DNA of 32,000 nt from Synechococcus sp. A15-28 (GCF_014280175.1 NZ_CP047931.1:360001-392000); one strand, 5' to 3'. Positions 9,714-19,057 are shown, counted from the stretch's first letter. A program made the numbers and translations. Notes: a model not told the origin generated them from the sequence alone.

Positions 9714-12700
9714 TCAGGCGGCATCGGGAAGTCCCACCACCTGGGTGTGGGCGCCGCGGGCCTGGGTCACCCCAATGGTGCGCTCCGCTGCAGCGATCAT
9801 CGGCCGGCGGTGGCTCACCACCATGAACTGGGCCTGTTCGGCCTGGGTGGCGATCAGGGCGGCCAGGCGTTCCACGTTGACGCCGTCCAGAAAGCTGTCC
9901 ACCTCATCCAGGGCGTAGAAGGGTGAGGGGCGGAAACGCTGCAGCGCGAACAGGAAACTGAGGGCGGTGAGGGATTTCTCGCCGCCGGACATCGCCGCGA
10001 GCCGACGCACCGCCTTGCCCTTGGGATGGGCCACCAGGGTCAGACCTCCCTCCAGGGGCTCTTCCTGGTTCTCCAGTTGCAGGTGGCCATCACCGTCGGA
10101 GAGCGAGGCGAAGATCTCGCGGAAATGGCCGTCCACGGCGATGAAGGCCTCCATGAAGGCTTCCTGGCGCAGGGTGGCCACGGTTTCGATCCGCAACAAC
10201 AGCTCCTCCCGTTCGCTGTTGAGCACCTCCAGCCGCTCGTTGAGCTCCGCCAACCGCTGCTCGAGGGCCTCCAGTTCCTCCAGCGCCAGCATGTTCACCG
10301 GTTCCAGCGCTTCCATGCGTTGCTGAATCGCCTGCAGGTCTGCCTGAAGGGCCTCCAGGCCCGCCAATCGCAGTTCTTCGGGAATCTCGGGGCGGGGATC
10401 CGGCAGGGCCTGTTCCATCTCCTGCAGCCGGATGGCGCCGCTGCGCTGCTCCTCGATCAGCCCCTCCCGCTCTTCCTTCAGACGCTCCAGGTTCCATTCG
10501 GCCTGCTGCAGCTCCTGCCGTTGGCGGCCCACCTCCGCTTCGGCGGCATCCCGGGCCCGGCGCTGCTCGCCGAACCGCTCCTGCAGGTCGGATTGCTGTT
10601 GCTGCAGGGAGCTGCGCTGTTGCTGCAGCTCCTGTTGTTGCTCGCGCCAGCTCGTGTGGGTGGTGGCCAGGGCCTGCACCGCCTCCTGCAGCCTCTGCTC
10701 CTCCTCCTCGAGGGTCTGACGCTGGTCCCCCAGACGTTCGATCGCCAGCTGCCGTTCGCGTTGGGCCTGCAGCAATGCATCCCGTTCCCTGCGGGCGGCG
10801 TCCAGACGGCCATCCGCCGCCTCCAGATCCTGTTGAAGTTGCTGCCAGGCGGCGGCATCGTCATGGCCGTCGCTGGTCCGTTCAGCGGCTTCCAGCTGGA
10901 GCAGTTCCTCCTGAAGTGGCGTCAGCTGCTGAGCGATCACCGCCAGTCGTTGCTGCTGGTCGCATTGATCCTGTTGCAGCCGGCTCAAGCGTTCTCCCCG
11001 CTGCTTGCTCCGTTCCAGCAGGGGTCCATGGTTACGCCGGGCGGCGTTGCGCTCAGCGACGAGGGCTGCCTGGCGTTGCTCCAGCTCCCGCAGCTGGGGC
11101 TTCTGCTGCTCCAGCGTCTGGGCCAGTTTTGATTCCTCGCGGCGACAGGCCGCCAGGGTTTCCCCCAGTTCCAGCAGACGCCTGCGCAGCGGTTCCGCTT
11201 CATCCTGATCGCTGCTGCGGCCGAAACTCAAGCCACCGCTGCGCTGGGACAGGCTGCCGCCGGTCATGGCGCCGCTCTTTTCCAGCAACTCTCCGTCGAT
11301 GGTGACGGCCCGGCTGCGGCCGAGCTGCTGACGGGCACTGCTGAGATCGCTGAACACCAGCGTGTCGCCGAAGACGTAGGCGAACACCTGGTCGTAGACG
11401 GGCTCGAAACGCACCAGGTCCACGGCGCGGCCCACAAGGCCGCCGCTGGTTTCTCCGCCTCCGGCGCGGGGCCCGCGGGCGAAGGCGGCACCGCTGCCGC
11501 CACCGCCGGGGGCGCGGATTTTGTTGAGTGGCAGGAAGGTGAGGCGGCCGGCGCGGCGGCTCTTGAGCAGCTCGATGGCCCGGGCGGCGATGCGGTCGTC
11601 ATCCACCACCACCTGGCCCAGCCGGGCACCGGCGGCCACTTCCAGGGCGAGGCGGTGACGATCGTCCACTTCCCCCAACTGGGCCACCGGCCCGTGGATG
11701 CCATCGAGACCGGCCTCCAGCAGCAGCCGCAGGGCACCGGTGCCGCGGCTCTCCTGCAGCGCATCGCGGCGGCTTTCCAGGCGGGCGATCTCCCGCTCCA
11801 GCCTGGTCTGCTCCTGTTCCAGCCGCGATCGGGTGCGCTGTTGAATCGCCAGGGAGTCCGCTGTCTGCTGCAGCGCCTGTTTCCCGGATGACAGGGTCTG
11901 CAGCAGGCCCTGCCAGTCCTGTTCCAGCTGTTCCAGGCGCTGCTGCACCGCCTGCTCGTCGTCGCCGTCCTGCTGTTGCTCCTGCTGAAGCTCCGCCAGC
12001 CGTTCCGCCTCCTGGCGCAGTCGCTCCTGCAGCTGTTGCTGCTCCTCCAGGAGCGGCGCCAGGGCGACCTGCAGCTCCTGGCGCCGTCCACTGCGCCGTT
12101 TCTGCTCCTCCAGCCAGGCGCCGGAGCGGCCGGCCACGTCACCGAGGCGTCGCCTGGACACCTCCACCGCCGCTTCCGCCCCTCGACAGGTGGCTTCGGC
12201 CGCGGCCAGGGCGTCCTGATGGGGATCCTGCTCGAGTTCCCGGGACTGCTGCAGCCATTGCTGGCGGCGGTTGGCCAGGTCGTGGCGCAGCCCCTGCAGT
12301 CGCTGGCCCTCCTCCTGATGACGGCCGGCCTGCCGTTCCAGTTCCCGGGCGCTGGTCTCCAGACCCTTCAGCTCGGCCTGCACCGCCAGCAACTGATCTT
12401 CCCCGAGGGCCTTCACCTGCTCCTGCAGGGTCTGCAGTTCCGCGCTGGCTTTGCTGAGGGTCTCCTTGCCGCTGGCAATGGCCGCGGCGTCTCTCTGTTC
12501 CTGGGCTTCCAGGGCCTGCTGGCGATTGGCCAGATCCTTCAGGGCCTGTCCTGCGGCTTCGAAGGCCAGCACCATCTCCTGGCGACGGCCCAGCTGCAGC
12601 CGTTCCCGCAGCTGTTGGTACTGGCGGGCCTTGGCACAGTCTTTTTCCAGGCGCTCGCGACTGGCCAGCAGTTCCTGCTCAATGATCCGGCAGCGGTCCT

Positions 12701-13325
12701 GCCGCTCCTGCACGTCGTCGAGCTTGCGGCGGGTCTGCTCGATGCGGCTGTCAAACAGGGCGACCCCAGCCAGTTCATCGATCAGGCCGCGGCGGTCGCG
12801 GTTGCTCATCGAGACGATGCGGGTCACATCGCCCTGCATCACCACGTTGCTGCCTTCGGGGTCGATGCGCAGCCGCCGCAACTGGGTCTGCAGCTGCTGC
12901 AGATTGCAGGCCACCCCATCGGCGCTGTAGCTGGAGCTGTAGGAGCCCCCCGGCATCACCCGCAGCTTGCGGCTGACGGTCCATTCAGTCTGCCCCGGTT
13001 TGATCCAGGGCCCCTCCTCCGGCGCCTCGAGACCGTCTTCGGCGGCGTCCGGCTGCCAGTCGCTGAGGTCGAAGCGGACGCTCACGGTGGTCTCGGCGGC
13101 CTTACCCGCCTTGAGCACGGCGCTGTTGATCAGGTCCGGCAGGCGATCAGCCCGCATCCCCCGGCTGGTGGCCAGGCCGAGGCAGAACAGAACGCCGTCA
13201 AGAATGTTGCTTTTGCCCGAGCCGTTCGGCCCCGTCACCACGGTGAACCCCTGCTCGAGGGGGATCGTCATCGCCCCACCGAACGACTTGAACTGCGTCA
13301 GCCCGACCTGATTGATGTGAACCAA
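9714..13325 (-). CDS. smc: Chromosome segregation protein SMC
   Basis: 1203 aa; Walker A VTGPNGSGKSNILDGVLF, hinge, long coiled coils, signature LAAMSGGEKSLTALSFLFALQ, Walker B PSPFYALDEVDSFLDGVNV. Confidence 0.97.
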   Translation of the reverse strand: MVHINQVGLTQFKSFGGAMTIPLEQGFTVVTGPNGSGKSNILDGVLFCLGLATSRGMRADRLPDLINSAVLKAGKAAETTVSVRFDLSDWQPDAAEDGLEAPEEGPWIKPGQTEWTVSRKLRVMPGGSYSSSYSADGVACNLQQLQTQLRRLRIDPEGSNVVMQGDVTRIVSMSNRDRRGLIDELAGVALFDSRIEQTRRKLDDVQERQDRCRIIEQELLASRERLEKDCAKARQYQQLRERLQLGRRQEMVLAFEAAGQALKDLANRQQALEAQEQRDAAAIASGKETLSKASAELQTLQEQVKALGEDQLLAVQAELKGLETSARELERQAGRHQEEGQRLQGLRHDLANRRQQWLQQSRELEQDPHQDALAAAEATCRGAEAAVEVSRRRLGDVAGRSGAWLEEQKRRSGRRQELQVALAPLLEEQQQLQERLRQEAERLAELQQEQQQDGDDEQAVQQRLEQLEQDWQGLLQTLSSGKQALQQTADSLAIQQRTRSRLEQEQTRLEREIARLESRRDALQESRGTGALRLLLEAGLDGIHGPVAQLGEVDDRHRLALEVAAGARLGQVVVDDDRIAARAIELLKSRRAGRLTFLPLNKIRAPGGGGSGAAFARGPRAGGGETSGGLVGRAVDLVRFEPVYDQVFAYVFGDTLVFSDLSSARQQLGRSRAVTIDGELLEKSGAMTGGSLSQRSGGLSFGRSSDQDEAEPLRRRLLELGETLAACRREESKLAQTLEQQKPQLRELEQRQAALVAERNAARRNHGPLLERSKQRGERLSRLQQDQCDQQQRLAVIAQQLTPLQEELLQLEAAERTSDGHDDAAAWQQLQQDLEAADGRLDAARRERDALLQAQRERQLAIERLGDQRQTLEEEEQRLQEAVQALATTHTSWREQQQELQQQRSSLQQQQSDLQERFGEQRRARDAAEAEVGRQRQELQQAEWNLERLKEEREGLIEEQRSGAIRLQEMEQALPDPRPEIPEELRLAGLEALQADLQAIQQRMEALEPVNMLALEELEALEQRLAELNERLEVLNSEREELLLRIETVATLRQEAFMEAFIAVDGHFREIFASLSDGDGHLQLENQEEPLEGGLTLVAHPKGKAVRRLAAMSGGEKSLTALSFLFALQRFRPSPFYALDEVDSFLDGVNVERLAALIATQAEQAQFMVVSHRRPMIAAAERTIGVTQARGAHTQVVGLPDAA

Positions 13326-13375
13326 CAGGAGCGGGGGCTGTCAGCGGACCGAAAGTAGCGGAGCTCACGAAAAGC

Positions 13376-13735
13376 TCAAGTCCGCCTTAACGAGCAGAGG
13401 CCTTGCTTGATCCTCAACTGACCCCGCAGGTCGCCATCCAGCAGCGACAGGTCCACTGGATCTGTGGGGTTGTGCGGGAGCTGGCCCTGGAAGTGCCCTG
13501 CCATGACGCGCTCCGCCCAGCCGCGGCCGCCGGAGACGGCGGCACTGCGGGGCTCAAGCCACACCAGCCGATGTCGTGTCAGGGGAACAGCCGCCTGAGG
13601 GCGTCCACCGAGTGATGGAACCGTCTGCAGGCGCCATGTGCGGCAGGCATCGCCGTCCTCCAGCAGCAGATCGAAATGACAGCCGCTGGGGTCGTCCGGG
13701 GCGTCGGTGTGGCGCAGCAGGGAATAACGGGCCAT
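13376..13735 (-). CDS. Conserved hypothetical protein, resembling LigD 3'-phosphoesterase-type small domains
   Basis: The supplied ORF is over-extended. The internal start MARYSLLRHTDAPDDPSGCHFDLLLEDGDACRTWRL gives 119 aa. Confidence 0.55.
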   Translation of the reverse strand: MARYSLLRHTDAPDDPSGCHFDLLLEDGDACRTWRLQTVPSLGGRPQAAVPLTRHRLVWLEPRSAAVSGGRGWAERVMAGHFQGQLPHNPTDPVDLSLLDGDLRGQLRIKQGLCSLRRT

Positions 13736-13842
13736 GGTCACGTCAGCGGTGGATCCGGTGACTGGCATCCCGTTGGCTCCTGGGCCCTGATTGTTGCAAT
13801 GGATCACGCTCACTAGCCTGTAAGGAGACTCCCTCAGCCGCC

Positions 13843-14256
13843 ATGGACGCGCAGCCCAACGGCAGCTCCGACCACCATTTCCGCGAGCGCTTCGACAGCC
13901 TCCTGCCGAGCATTCGTCGCCGCTGGCCGGATCTGGCTCAGCACACTCTGGAAGCCACCCGGGGCAGCATGGACGAGGTGGTGCGGCTGATTGAGCAGAA
14001 CACAGGGTTGACCCCCCAGGGGGTGCGTGAGCAGCTCGAGGAGTTGATGCATTCGGCTGGAGAGAGCGGCCGTCATCTGGCCGACAGCCTTGATCCGTTG
14101 GAACAGCAGCTGGAGCAGCTGCTGGATGAGCTGAACTCAACCCTGCGACCACGGATTGAACGCCCGGTCCGTCAGCGGCCACTGCTGGCTGTGGGAGTGG
14201 CCCTCGGGGTGGGTGTGCTGATCGGCTCGTTGCTCAGCGGCGGGCGGCGCTCCTGA
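13843..14256 (+). CDS. YqjD/DUF883-like membrane-anchored protein
   Basis: 137 aa, amphipathic helical N-terminus and C-terminal RPLLAVGVALGVGVLIGSLLSGGRR. Confidence 0.55.
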   Translation: MDAQPNGSSDHHFRERFDSLLPSIRRRWPDLAQHTLEATRGSMDEVVRLIEQNTGLTPQGVREQLEELMHSAGESGRHLADSLDPLEQQLEQLLDELNSTLRPRIERPVRQRPLLAVGVALGVGVLIGSLLSGGRRS

Positions 14257-14642
14257 TGACGGATTCCCAACGACCCCGCGGACTCGGAGCGGCTGCACGG
14301 GTGACCACGTTGGCGGCATCCGTGATGGACCTGCATGTGCGCATGGCGCTGCAGGAGGTGGATCGGGAGAAGCGCCGCTTGATCAGTGGTGGGCTGTTCA
14401 TGGCCATCGGTGGCACGTCGATGCTGTTGGCGCTGCTGGCCGGTGAGGTGGCTCTCGTGCTGTGGATTCAGCAGACCTGGAGCCTGAGCCTCAGTCAGGC
14501 CTTGCTCGCTCTGGCCAGCGCCAATCTGGTGCTGGCGGGCATCAGCCTGCGCATTGGCGGCCAGGTGCTCAAAGCTCCGTACCTGCCCCAGACCCTGGAG
14601 GGTCTGAGCCGAACCGTGAGGGCTGTTCTCGGTCGCGAGTGA
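14256..14642 (+). CDS. Putative Actinobacterial holin-X / phage holin family (DUF1469, YqjE-like) protein
   Basis: 128 aa with two TM segments; start overlaps the stop of the upstream YqjD-like gene. Confidence 0.6.
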   Translation: MTDSQRPRGLGAAARVTTLAASVMDLHVRMALQEVDREKRRLISGGLFMAIGGTSMLLALLAGEVALVLWIQQTWSLSLSQALLALASANLVLAGISLRIGGQVLKAPYLPQTLEGLSRTVRAVLGRE

Positions 14643-14643
14643 T

Positions 14644-15759
14644 TCAGCGGATCGCGTAGTTCAGCCAGCGGCAATCGATGCCGCCGTTGCTGATGGGGAT
14701 TCTCCGACTGGCCTTGAGTCGCAGGGCACCGGTGAGGGAAGGGTTACCGCTCAGTAACCACAGCTGCCAGCCCGAGGCCTGCTCTTTCAGGAAGGATCCA
14801 AGCGACCGGTAGAGCTGTTCGAGGTCGTCATCGGCACCGATGCGCTGGCCATAGGGCGGATTGCACACCAACAGGCCGGGGCCCGGCGGCAGGGTCTGCT
14901 GTTCAAAGCTGCCGGAATGAATGGAGATCAGTCCTTCGAGGCCGGCGGCTCGGATGTTGTCGCGGGCCTGATCAGCAACGTGTGGATCCTTCTCGTAGCC
15001 CAGGACGGGAGCCAGATCTAGATCGGAGCGGCGGCGTTGGCGAGCCCTGTCCTGCTCGCGTTCCCAGAGGTCCATCTCGAAGTCAGCCCAACCCTCCAGG
15101 CCAAACGTTCGATTCAGACCTGGGGCCTGTTGCAGGGCCATCGTCACAGCCTCGATCAGCAGAATGCCGCTGCCGCAGCAGGGGTCCACCAGGGGAGTGC
15201 GGCCATCCCAGCCGGTGAGTTGAATCAGCCCAGCGGCCAGGTTCTCCTTCAAAGGAGCGGTGCCCATGGCGGCGCGGTAACCCCGCCGGTGCAGGCTGCC
15301 GCCGCTGCCATCCAGGCTCAGTACAGCGCCACCGCGGTTGAGGTGGAGATGCAGAGCCAGATCGGGATTGTCCAAGTCGATCGACGAGCGTTCTCCCCAT
15401 CGCTCCCGTTGCAGGTCCACCAGGGCGTTCTTCACCTGCAGAGCTGAGTAGTGGCTGTGGTTCAACCCCGGGGCTGTGCCAGTCACGTCCACCCGGAAGC
15501 TCATCGAGGGATGCAGCCAGCGCTCCCAATTCAGGGCGTTGCGGATGCCGTCATAGAGATCATCCCTGCCCTGACAGGGAAAGTCCGCCATCTCCCGCAG
15601 CAGACGGAAGGGCAAGCGTGATTGCAGATGCAGCCGATAGAGGCAGGCCATATCGGCCTGAAAGGCGGCGGCTCGGCGCAGGGGCTGAACCCCATGGGCC
15701 CCTAGAGCCACAAGTTCTTCGCATCCCAGTGCTTCCAACCCCTGAGGCAGCACAGCCAC
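14644..15759 (-). CDS. THUMP-domain class I SAM-dependent RNA methyltransferase (RlmL-like)
   Basis: LVDPCCGSGILLIEAVTMAL, LLVCNPPYGQRIG. The supplied ORF runs to 15993 through ssrA. GTG at 15759 (VAVLPQGLEALGCEELVALG) is the more likely start. Confidence 0.85.
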   Translation of the reverse strand: MAVLPQGLEALGCEELVALGAHGVQPLRRAAAFQADMACLYRLHLQSRLPFRLLREMADFPCQGRDDLYDGIRNALNWERWLHPSMSFRVDVTGTAPGLNHSHYSALQVKNALVDLQRERWGERSSIDLDNPDLALHLHLNRGGAVLSLDGSGGSLHRRGYRAAMGTAPLKENLAAGLIQLTGWDGRTPLVDPCCGSGILLIEAVTMALQQAPGLNRTFGLEGWADFEMDLWEREQDRARQRRRSDLDLAPVLGYEKDPHVADQARDNIRAAGLEGLISIHSGSFEQQTLPPGPGLLVCNPPYGQRIGADDDLEQLYRSLGSFLKEQASGWQLWLLSGNPSLTGALRLKASRRIPISNGGIDCRWLNYAIR

Positions 15760-15799
15760 GCCGTCAAGACGGTGTCCTCGTCCCACGTGGTTGTGCTCC

Positions 15800-15895
15800 A
15801 GGTCACCACTGCTGTCAGAATGACAGGGTTCGGTTCTCCGGACTAGGTGATCCACACCAGTGTTTCGGACAGCGGTTCGATTCCGCTCAGCTCCA
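15800..15895 (+). ncRNA. ssrA: Two-piece tmRNA, acceptor piece (5' end approximate)
   Basis: T arm AGCGG-TTCGATT-CCGCT at 15871-15887 and 3' acceptor strand CAGCTCC-A at 15888-15895, complementary (one G-U) to GGGGCTG at 15911-15917. It lies upstream of the coding piece, i.e. a circularly permuted gene. Confidence 0.85.
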
Positions 15896-15910
15896 TTCTC
15901 CCTTTCACGA

Positions 15911-16073
15911 GGGGCTGCAATGGTTTCGACGGGGCATGAGGAGGGTGACTGAAGCCTGCTCGGTGAGAGCAAACCCGTAACTGCGAACAACATCGTTCGT
16001 TTCTCCCGTCAAGCAGCCCCTGTTGCTGCCTGACCCTTAGGGGAGATGGGGTGAAGTCAGCCTTATCACCCAA
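15911..16073 (+). ncRNA. ssrA: Two-piece tmRNA, coding piece (3' end approximate)
   Basis: GGGGCTGCAATGGTTTCGACGG start; tag frame 15983-16033 gcgaacaacatcgttcgtttctcccgtcaagcagcccctgttgctgcctga = ANNIVRFSRQAAPVAA*; 3' hairpin GGGTGA (16049-16054) / TCACCC (16066-16071). Confidence 0.92.
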
Positions 16074-16086
16074 TTGACTCATGGGG
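16064..16086 (+). repeat. Putative attL core at the ssrA 3' end
   Basis: TATCACCCAATTGACTCATGGGG matches 24928-24950 (TATCACCCAAATGACTCATGGGG) with one mismatch, in direct orientation. Confidence 0.8.
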
Positions 16087-17159
16087 GCTGTAAGGCCCCT
16101 TCAACTCATCCCAAGGGAACGGATCTGGCAATTACGCCAGAGCCCGAAAAATCCCTTTCCGACAAATCTTCCGACAAGCTCCCGCCCGTCTTTGCCGGGC
16201 TAGATAAGGCGGAGGCTTTGGCCTACGTCAGCCGCTTGTTTGATGCGGCAGCCGCCGGCGCCGTGCTCTGGGGGGACAAGCTCCTCCTGAAGCGATTCCT
16301 TGAGCAGTGCTCGCGCACCGGCTCCCAGGAGACCAAGGACGGCTATCGGCGAGAGCTGCAGCACTTCACTCGCTGGCGTGACCAGAACCACCCACACATG
16401 CACCTGAGGGAACTCGATCCCGCGCTGGTGGATGACTGGGTCTCTTCCTTGCGTGAGCAGGTGGAGGCAGGGGAGCTAAAACCGCGTTCCTTCAACCGCC
16501 GCATCAGTGCGGTGAGCGCCCTTTACCGGTGGGCCGCGGAACCTACCCGATCAACTGTGTCAGGAGTGCCGCGGAACCCAGTCCCCCGAAGAACAGGAAT
16601 GTCGGCACCAAAGTTGGCCAAGCCGTTGGCTGAGTCTGATCTGACATCAGTCCTGGGAGTCATCAGTGCCGCGAAGGTAAAAGGCTCCGCCATTGCTGCG
16701 CGTGACTATGTGATGGTCCGCGGTTCGTATCTGATTGGTTGTCGCGTGTCTGAACTGTGCCGGCTCCGCTGGCAGGACATTGAGCGATTGGATAACGGCG
16801 GTCAGGTTTCCCTTTTGGGCAAGGGGAACAAGCCCCGCACGATTCGTGTCAGCGTCGCAACCTTGGAGCTGTTTGAGTCGTTGGGCCGCGGCGAGCCTGA
16901 AGACTGGTTGTTTCCGAGCGACCGGCGTGAGGGCCCAATGACTCGTCAGGCAGTCGCAGCTCGCATGGCGAGGTGGGGAAAGGAGGCTGGGGTGAGGCTC
17001 TATCCGCATCGTTGTCGTCACACGCATGCCACGAATGCTGTTCGCGCTGGGACAAGCCTTTTTGTTTTGCAGGCAACTCTTGGCCACAGCTCATCTGCAA
17101 CGACTGGTCATTACGTTGCCGCCAACCCTGAAGACAGTTCTTCTCTACGACTTGGGTGA
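16074..17159 (+). CDS. Tyrosine recombinase / XerD-like integrase (int1)
   Basis: 361 aa; ARDYVMVRGSYLIGCRVSELCRLRWQDIE (box I Arg), LYPHRCRHTHATNAVRAG (HxxR), LGHSSSATTGHYV (His and Tyr). The only in-frame start candidate near the N-terminus is TTG at 16074, inside the att core. Confidence 0.92.
   Translation: MTHGGCKAPSTHPKGTDLAITPEPEKSLSDKSSDKLPPVFAGLDKAEALAYVSRLFDAAAAGAVLWGDKLLLKRFLEQCSRTGSQETKDGYRRELQHFTRWRDQNHPHMHLRELDPALVDDWVSSLREQVEAGELKPRSFNRRISAVSALYRWAAEPTRSTVSGVPRNPVPRRTGMSAPKLAKPLAESDLTSVLGVISAAKVKGSAIAARDYVMVRGSYLIGCRVSELCRLRWQDIERLDNGGQVSLLGKGNKPRTIRVSVATLELFESLGRGEPEDWLFPSDRREGPMTRQAVAARMARWGKEAGVRLYPHRCRHTHATNAVRAGTSLFVLQATLGHSSSATTGHYVAANPEDSSSLRLG
16083..16099 (+). terminator. 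Hairpin downstream of ssrA, likely its terminator
   Basis: GGGGC-TGTAAG-GCCCC-TT immediately after the tmRNA 3' end. A diverged but structurally equivalent hairpin sits beside the second att copy. Confidence 0.55.
16157..16177 (+). repeat. Paired direct repeats TTCCGACAA, candidate integrase arm sites (left end)
   Basis: TTCCGACAA at 16157-16165 and 16169-16177. The same motif pair occurs near the other att copy at 24789-24808. Confidence 0.5.
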
Positions 17160-17287
17160 CGTAAGCAGAATTGTGTAAAGTCGTTTTTAATTGCAATTAG
17201 GCATAAAGAAGGGGACAGTTTTCACATGCCCCCTTCCCTGCCTGAAGTTTGCAAGGAGCACCCCTGCACATTCAATTTAGCGCCATT

Positions 17288-17310
17288 GCTCCGCTTGTAG
17301 GAGCTTTTTT
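17288..17310 (+). terminator. Rho-independent terminator downstream of int1
   Basis: GCTCC-GCTTGTA-GGAGC followed by TTTTTT. Confidence 0.7.
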
Positions 17311-17550
17311 AATGGCAAAACTGCCCTAAAGCTCTGCATTTGAGCTTATTTTGTTCAAATGATGGCTAGAATATGATTGTCACTCTGGAGGCTTAAATGA
17401 CTGTCAGAGATCCATTGACTGTCAAAGAGGTGCGAAAACTTTGTGAGTCGCGCTTACGCATCTAGCGGGATCAATCTACTCCTGATGATGATCTGCCGAA
17501 TGTTCCTGAGTGTCCACTGACTAATCCGTCAATCCATCGACTTATTGACA

Positions 17551-17955
17551 ATGTTTGATCTCGATCAGGAAGTGGCTAAAGCCCACCAGTCTGTAACCGA
17601 AATAGAGAGCCAGGCCAGGGCGATTGAGGCACGAATCAAGAAGATTGATGGGGCTGACAACCTGCTGCCCAAGAGGGCCTATGGCAAATCCATTGATACC
17701 GCTGCAATCGCCAGATCTTTAACCCTGCGTTCTTTGCTGGCAAAGAACGATCCCCAGCTCGCCAGTTACTTAGGTGTGGGCACCGATGCCCACATCAGAG
17801 CAGAAGAGGAAAAGGAAGCTCGCCGTCTGCGCGCACAGGCCCTGGGGATGAAGACTGAAAAGATTCGCGCTCAAAATCAGGCTGCTGCCCTTCATCGAGA
17901 GCGTGCTTCCCTTGCTGGGGTTAGTCCATTGACAGGCCGGAGGCTTGGACAATGA
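17551..17955 (+). CDS. Hypothetical protein (element A)
   Basis: ORF 17545-17955; MFDLDQEVAKAHQSVTEIESQARAIEARIKKIDGADNLLPKR..., helical and charged. Stop overlaps the next start. Confidence 0.6.
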   Translation: MFDLDQEVAKAHQSVTEIESQARAIEARIKKIDGADNLLPKRAYGKSIDTAAIARSLTLRSLLAKNDPQLASYLGVGTDAHIRAEEEKEARRLRAQALGMKTEKIRAQNQAAALHRERASLAGVSPLTGRRLGQ

Positions 17956-18293
17956 GAACTGCTAAGTGCCATCCTCAGCTCGGCTGGCTTCGGCTTGAGC
18001 CTTACGACTATTCACGCTCACTGGATCACCTTTTGGCGTGTAGGGACAGAGATTCTGATCTGACTCGTAGCGGGCCTAGCCCGGAGTACATCAGTTGGAT
18101 GTGGTCGACGGAGCTGCCTGGGCTGATGCGGAAGGAGAAATACAGAGATCAAGTTCGTCAGCACTGTTCTGACCTTGCTCGTAAGTCCGAGGAGTTGGAC
18201 ATCGACATCCGTTCGATTGTCGGGTCGAAATTGGAGCAGCAGGCAAAAGCCGACGAGTTAAGAGCACAACTGACTGCGCTGTTGGATGAATGA
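17952..18293 (+). CDS. Hypothetical protein (element A)
   Basis: 113 aa, ATGA overlap with the upstream gene; MRTAKCHPQLGWLRLEPYDYSRSLDHLLACRDR... Confidence 0.6.
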   Translation: MRTAKCHPQLGWLRLEPYDYSRSLDHLLACRDRDSDLTRSGPSPEYISWMWSTELPGLMRKEKYRDQVRQHCSDLARKSEELDIDIRSIVGSKLEQQAKADELRAQLTALLDE

Positions 18294-18508
18294 TCACTTC
18301 CGATGTTCAGCATGTCGCAACAGTTCTTGCGTCTACCCATCGCCAACATCCAGAGACCTTGCATTCTTTGGTGCCGATGTTCGGCGGACTGATCGTGATC
18401 ACCAACCGCCAGCTCCTTTTGCACCTGCTGGATACGGAGACTGATTGGCCATGGCAAGAGCCACCGCAGCAGAGACCGCCGAACGGGTTGGTCAGCTCCA
18501 AAAACTGA
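18290..18508 (+). CDS. Hypothetical small protein (element A)
   Basis: 72 aa, ATGA overlap with the preceding ORF. It overlaps the next gene start by about 60 nt. Confidence 0.35.
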   Translation: MITSDVQHVATVLASTHRQHPETLHSLVPMFGGLIVITNRQLLLHLLDTETDWPWQEPPQQRPPNGLVSSKN

Positions 18509-18810
18509 TCCTTGAAGGTCAAAACAGCGCGTCTTGTCTTGCCTTTGCGAGACAAACGTGGGGGCTCAGCCGAGCGCAGGGTTACAAGCTGATCAAGAGA
18601 GCGTGGGCTCAGATCAAAGACGACATCGAAGAGGCCGGCATAGATCGGCACGAAATGCTGGCTTGGTCAATCCAGAACTTGATGGCGGCGGCAGGCCAGG
18701 CAAAGCAGCAGAAGAACCCCGGCGCTTTGGTGAGCGCCATTCGCCAGCTTGATTGGATGTGCGGTCTTGGCGTCAACTCACATGCCGGGCATCGAGTCCA
18801 CAGGCATTGA
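18445..18810 (+). CDS. Terminase small subunit-like (TerS-like) DNA-binding protein
   Basis: 121 aa; N-terminal HTH-like LAFARQTWGLSRAQGYKLIKRAWAQIKDDIEE and C-terminal NPGALVSAIRQLDWMCGLG. It shows pattern similarity to ORF 31585-31965. Confidence 0.5.
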   Translation: MAMARATAAETAERVGQLQKLILEGQNSASCLAFARQTWGLSRAQGYKLIKRAWAQIKDDIEEAGIDRHEMLAWSIQNLMAAAGQAKQQKNPGALVSAIRQLDWMCGLGVNSHAGHRVHRH

Positions 18811-18857
18811 GTGTCGTAATAGATATTGCGCCTCTGGCAGACGAGATCGACATTTGA

Positions 18858-19057
18858 TTAGTAATTAGGTTTTGACTGCTTTCGTCGATCGAATTGATAA
18901 CTGAGTCGTCTCAGTTGGAGATGAAACAGTTGTCTGGTGTGTAGCCAAGGAGCAACATCGTTGAGATTCCCAATAGCCACCCAACGAATACCGCTCCCCA
19001 AATTAATTGGTCTGTGCTGAGATTTACGTTCCTCATAAGTGTTCCTCGATACATAGA
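18858..19057 (-). CDS. Possible small membrane protein
   Basis: The C-terminal part of ORF 18911-19210 reads MYRGTLMRNVNLSTDQLIWGAVFVGWLLGISTMLLLGYTPDNCFISN*, with one TM helix. Its coding end is at about 18911; the low-confidence interval includes flanking sequence. Confidence 0.25.

Noticed and set aside
9967-13311. Many long ORFs antisense to smc (e.g. 10026-11132, 11976-13358, 11264-12142)
   Set aside because: They are shadow ORFs in a GC-rich coiled-coil gene. Compositions are implausible (poly Leu/Gln or Arg/Ser), while the smc frame is intact and well conserved.
15760-15993. N-terminal 78 codons of the 449 aa methyltransferase ORF
   Set aside because: They run antisense through the two-piece tmRNA. 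The recognisable protein begins around GTG 15759.
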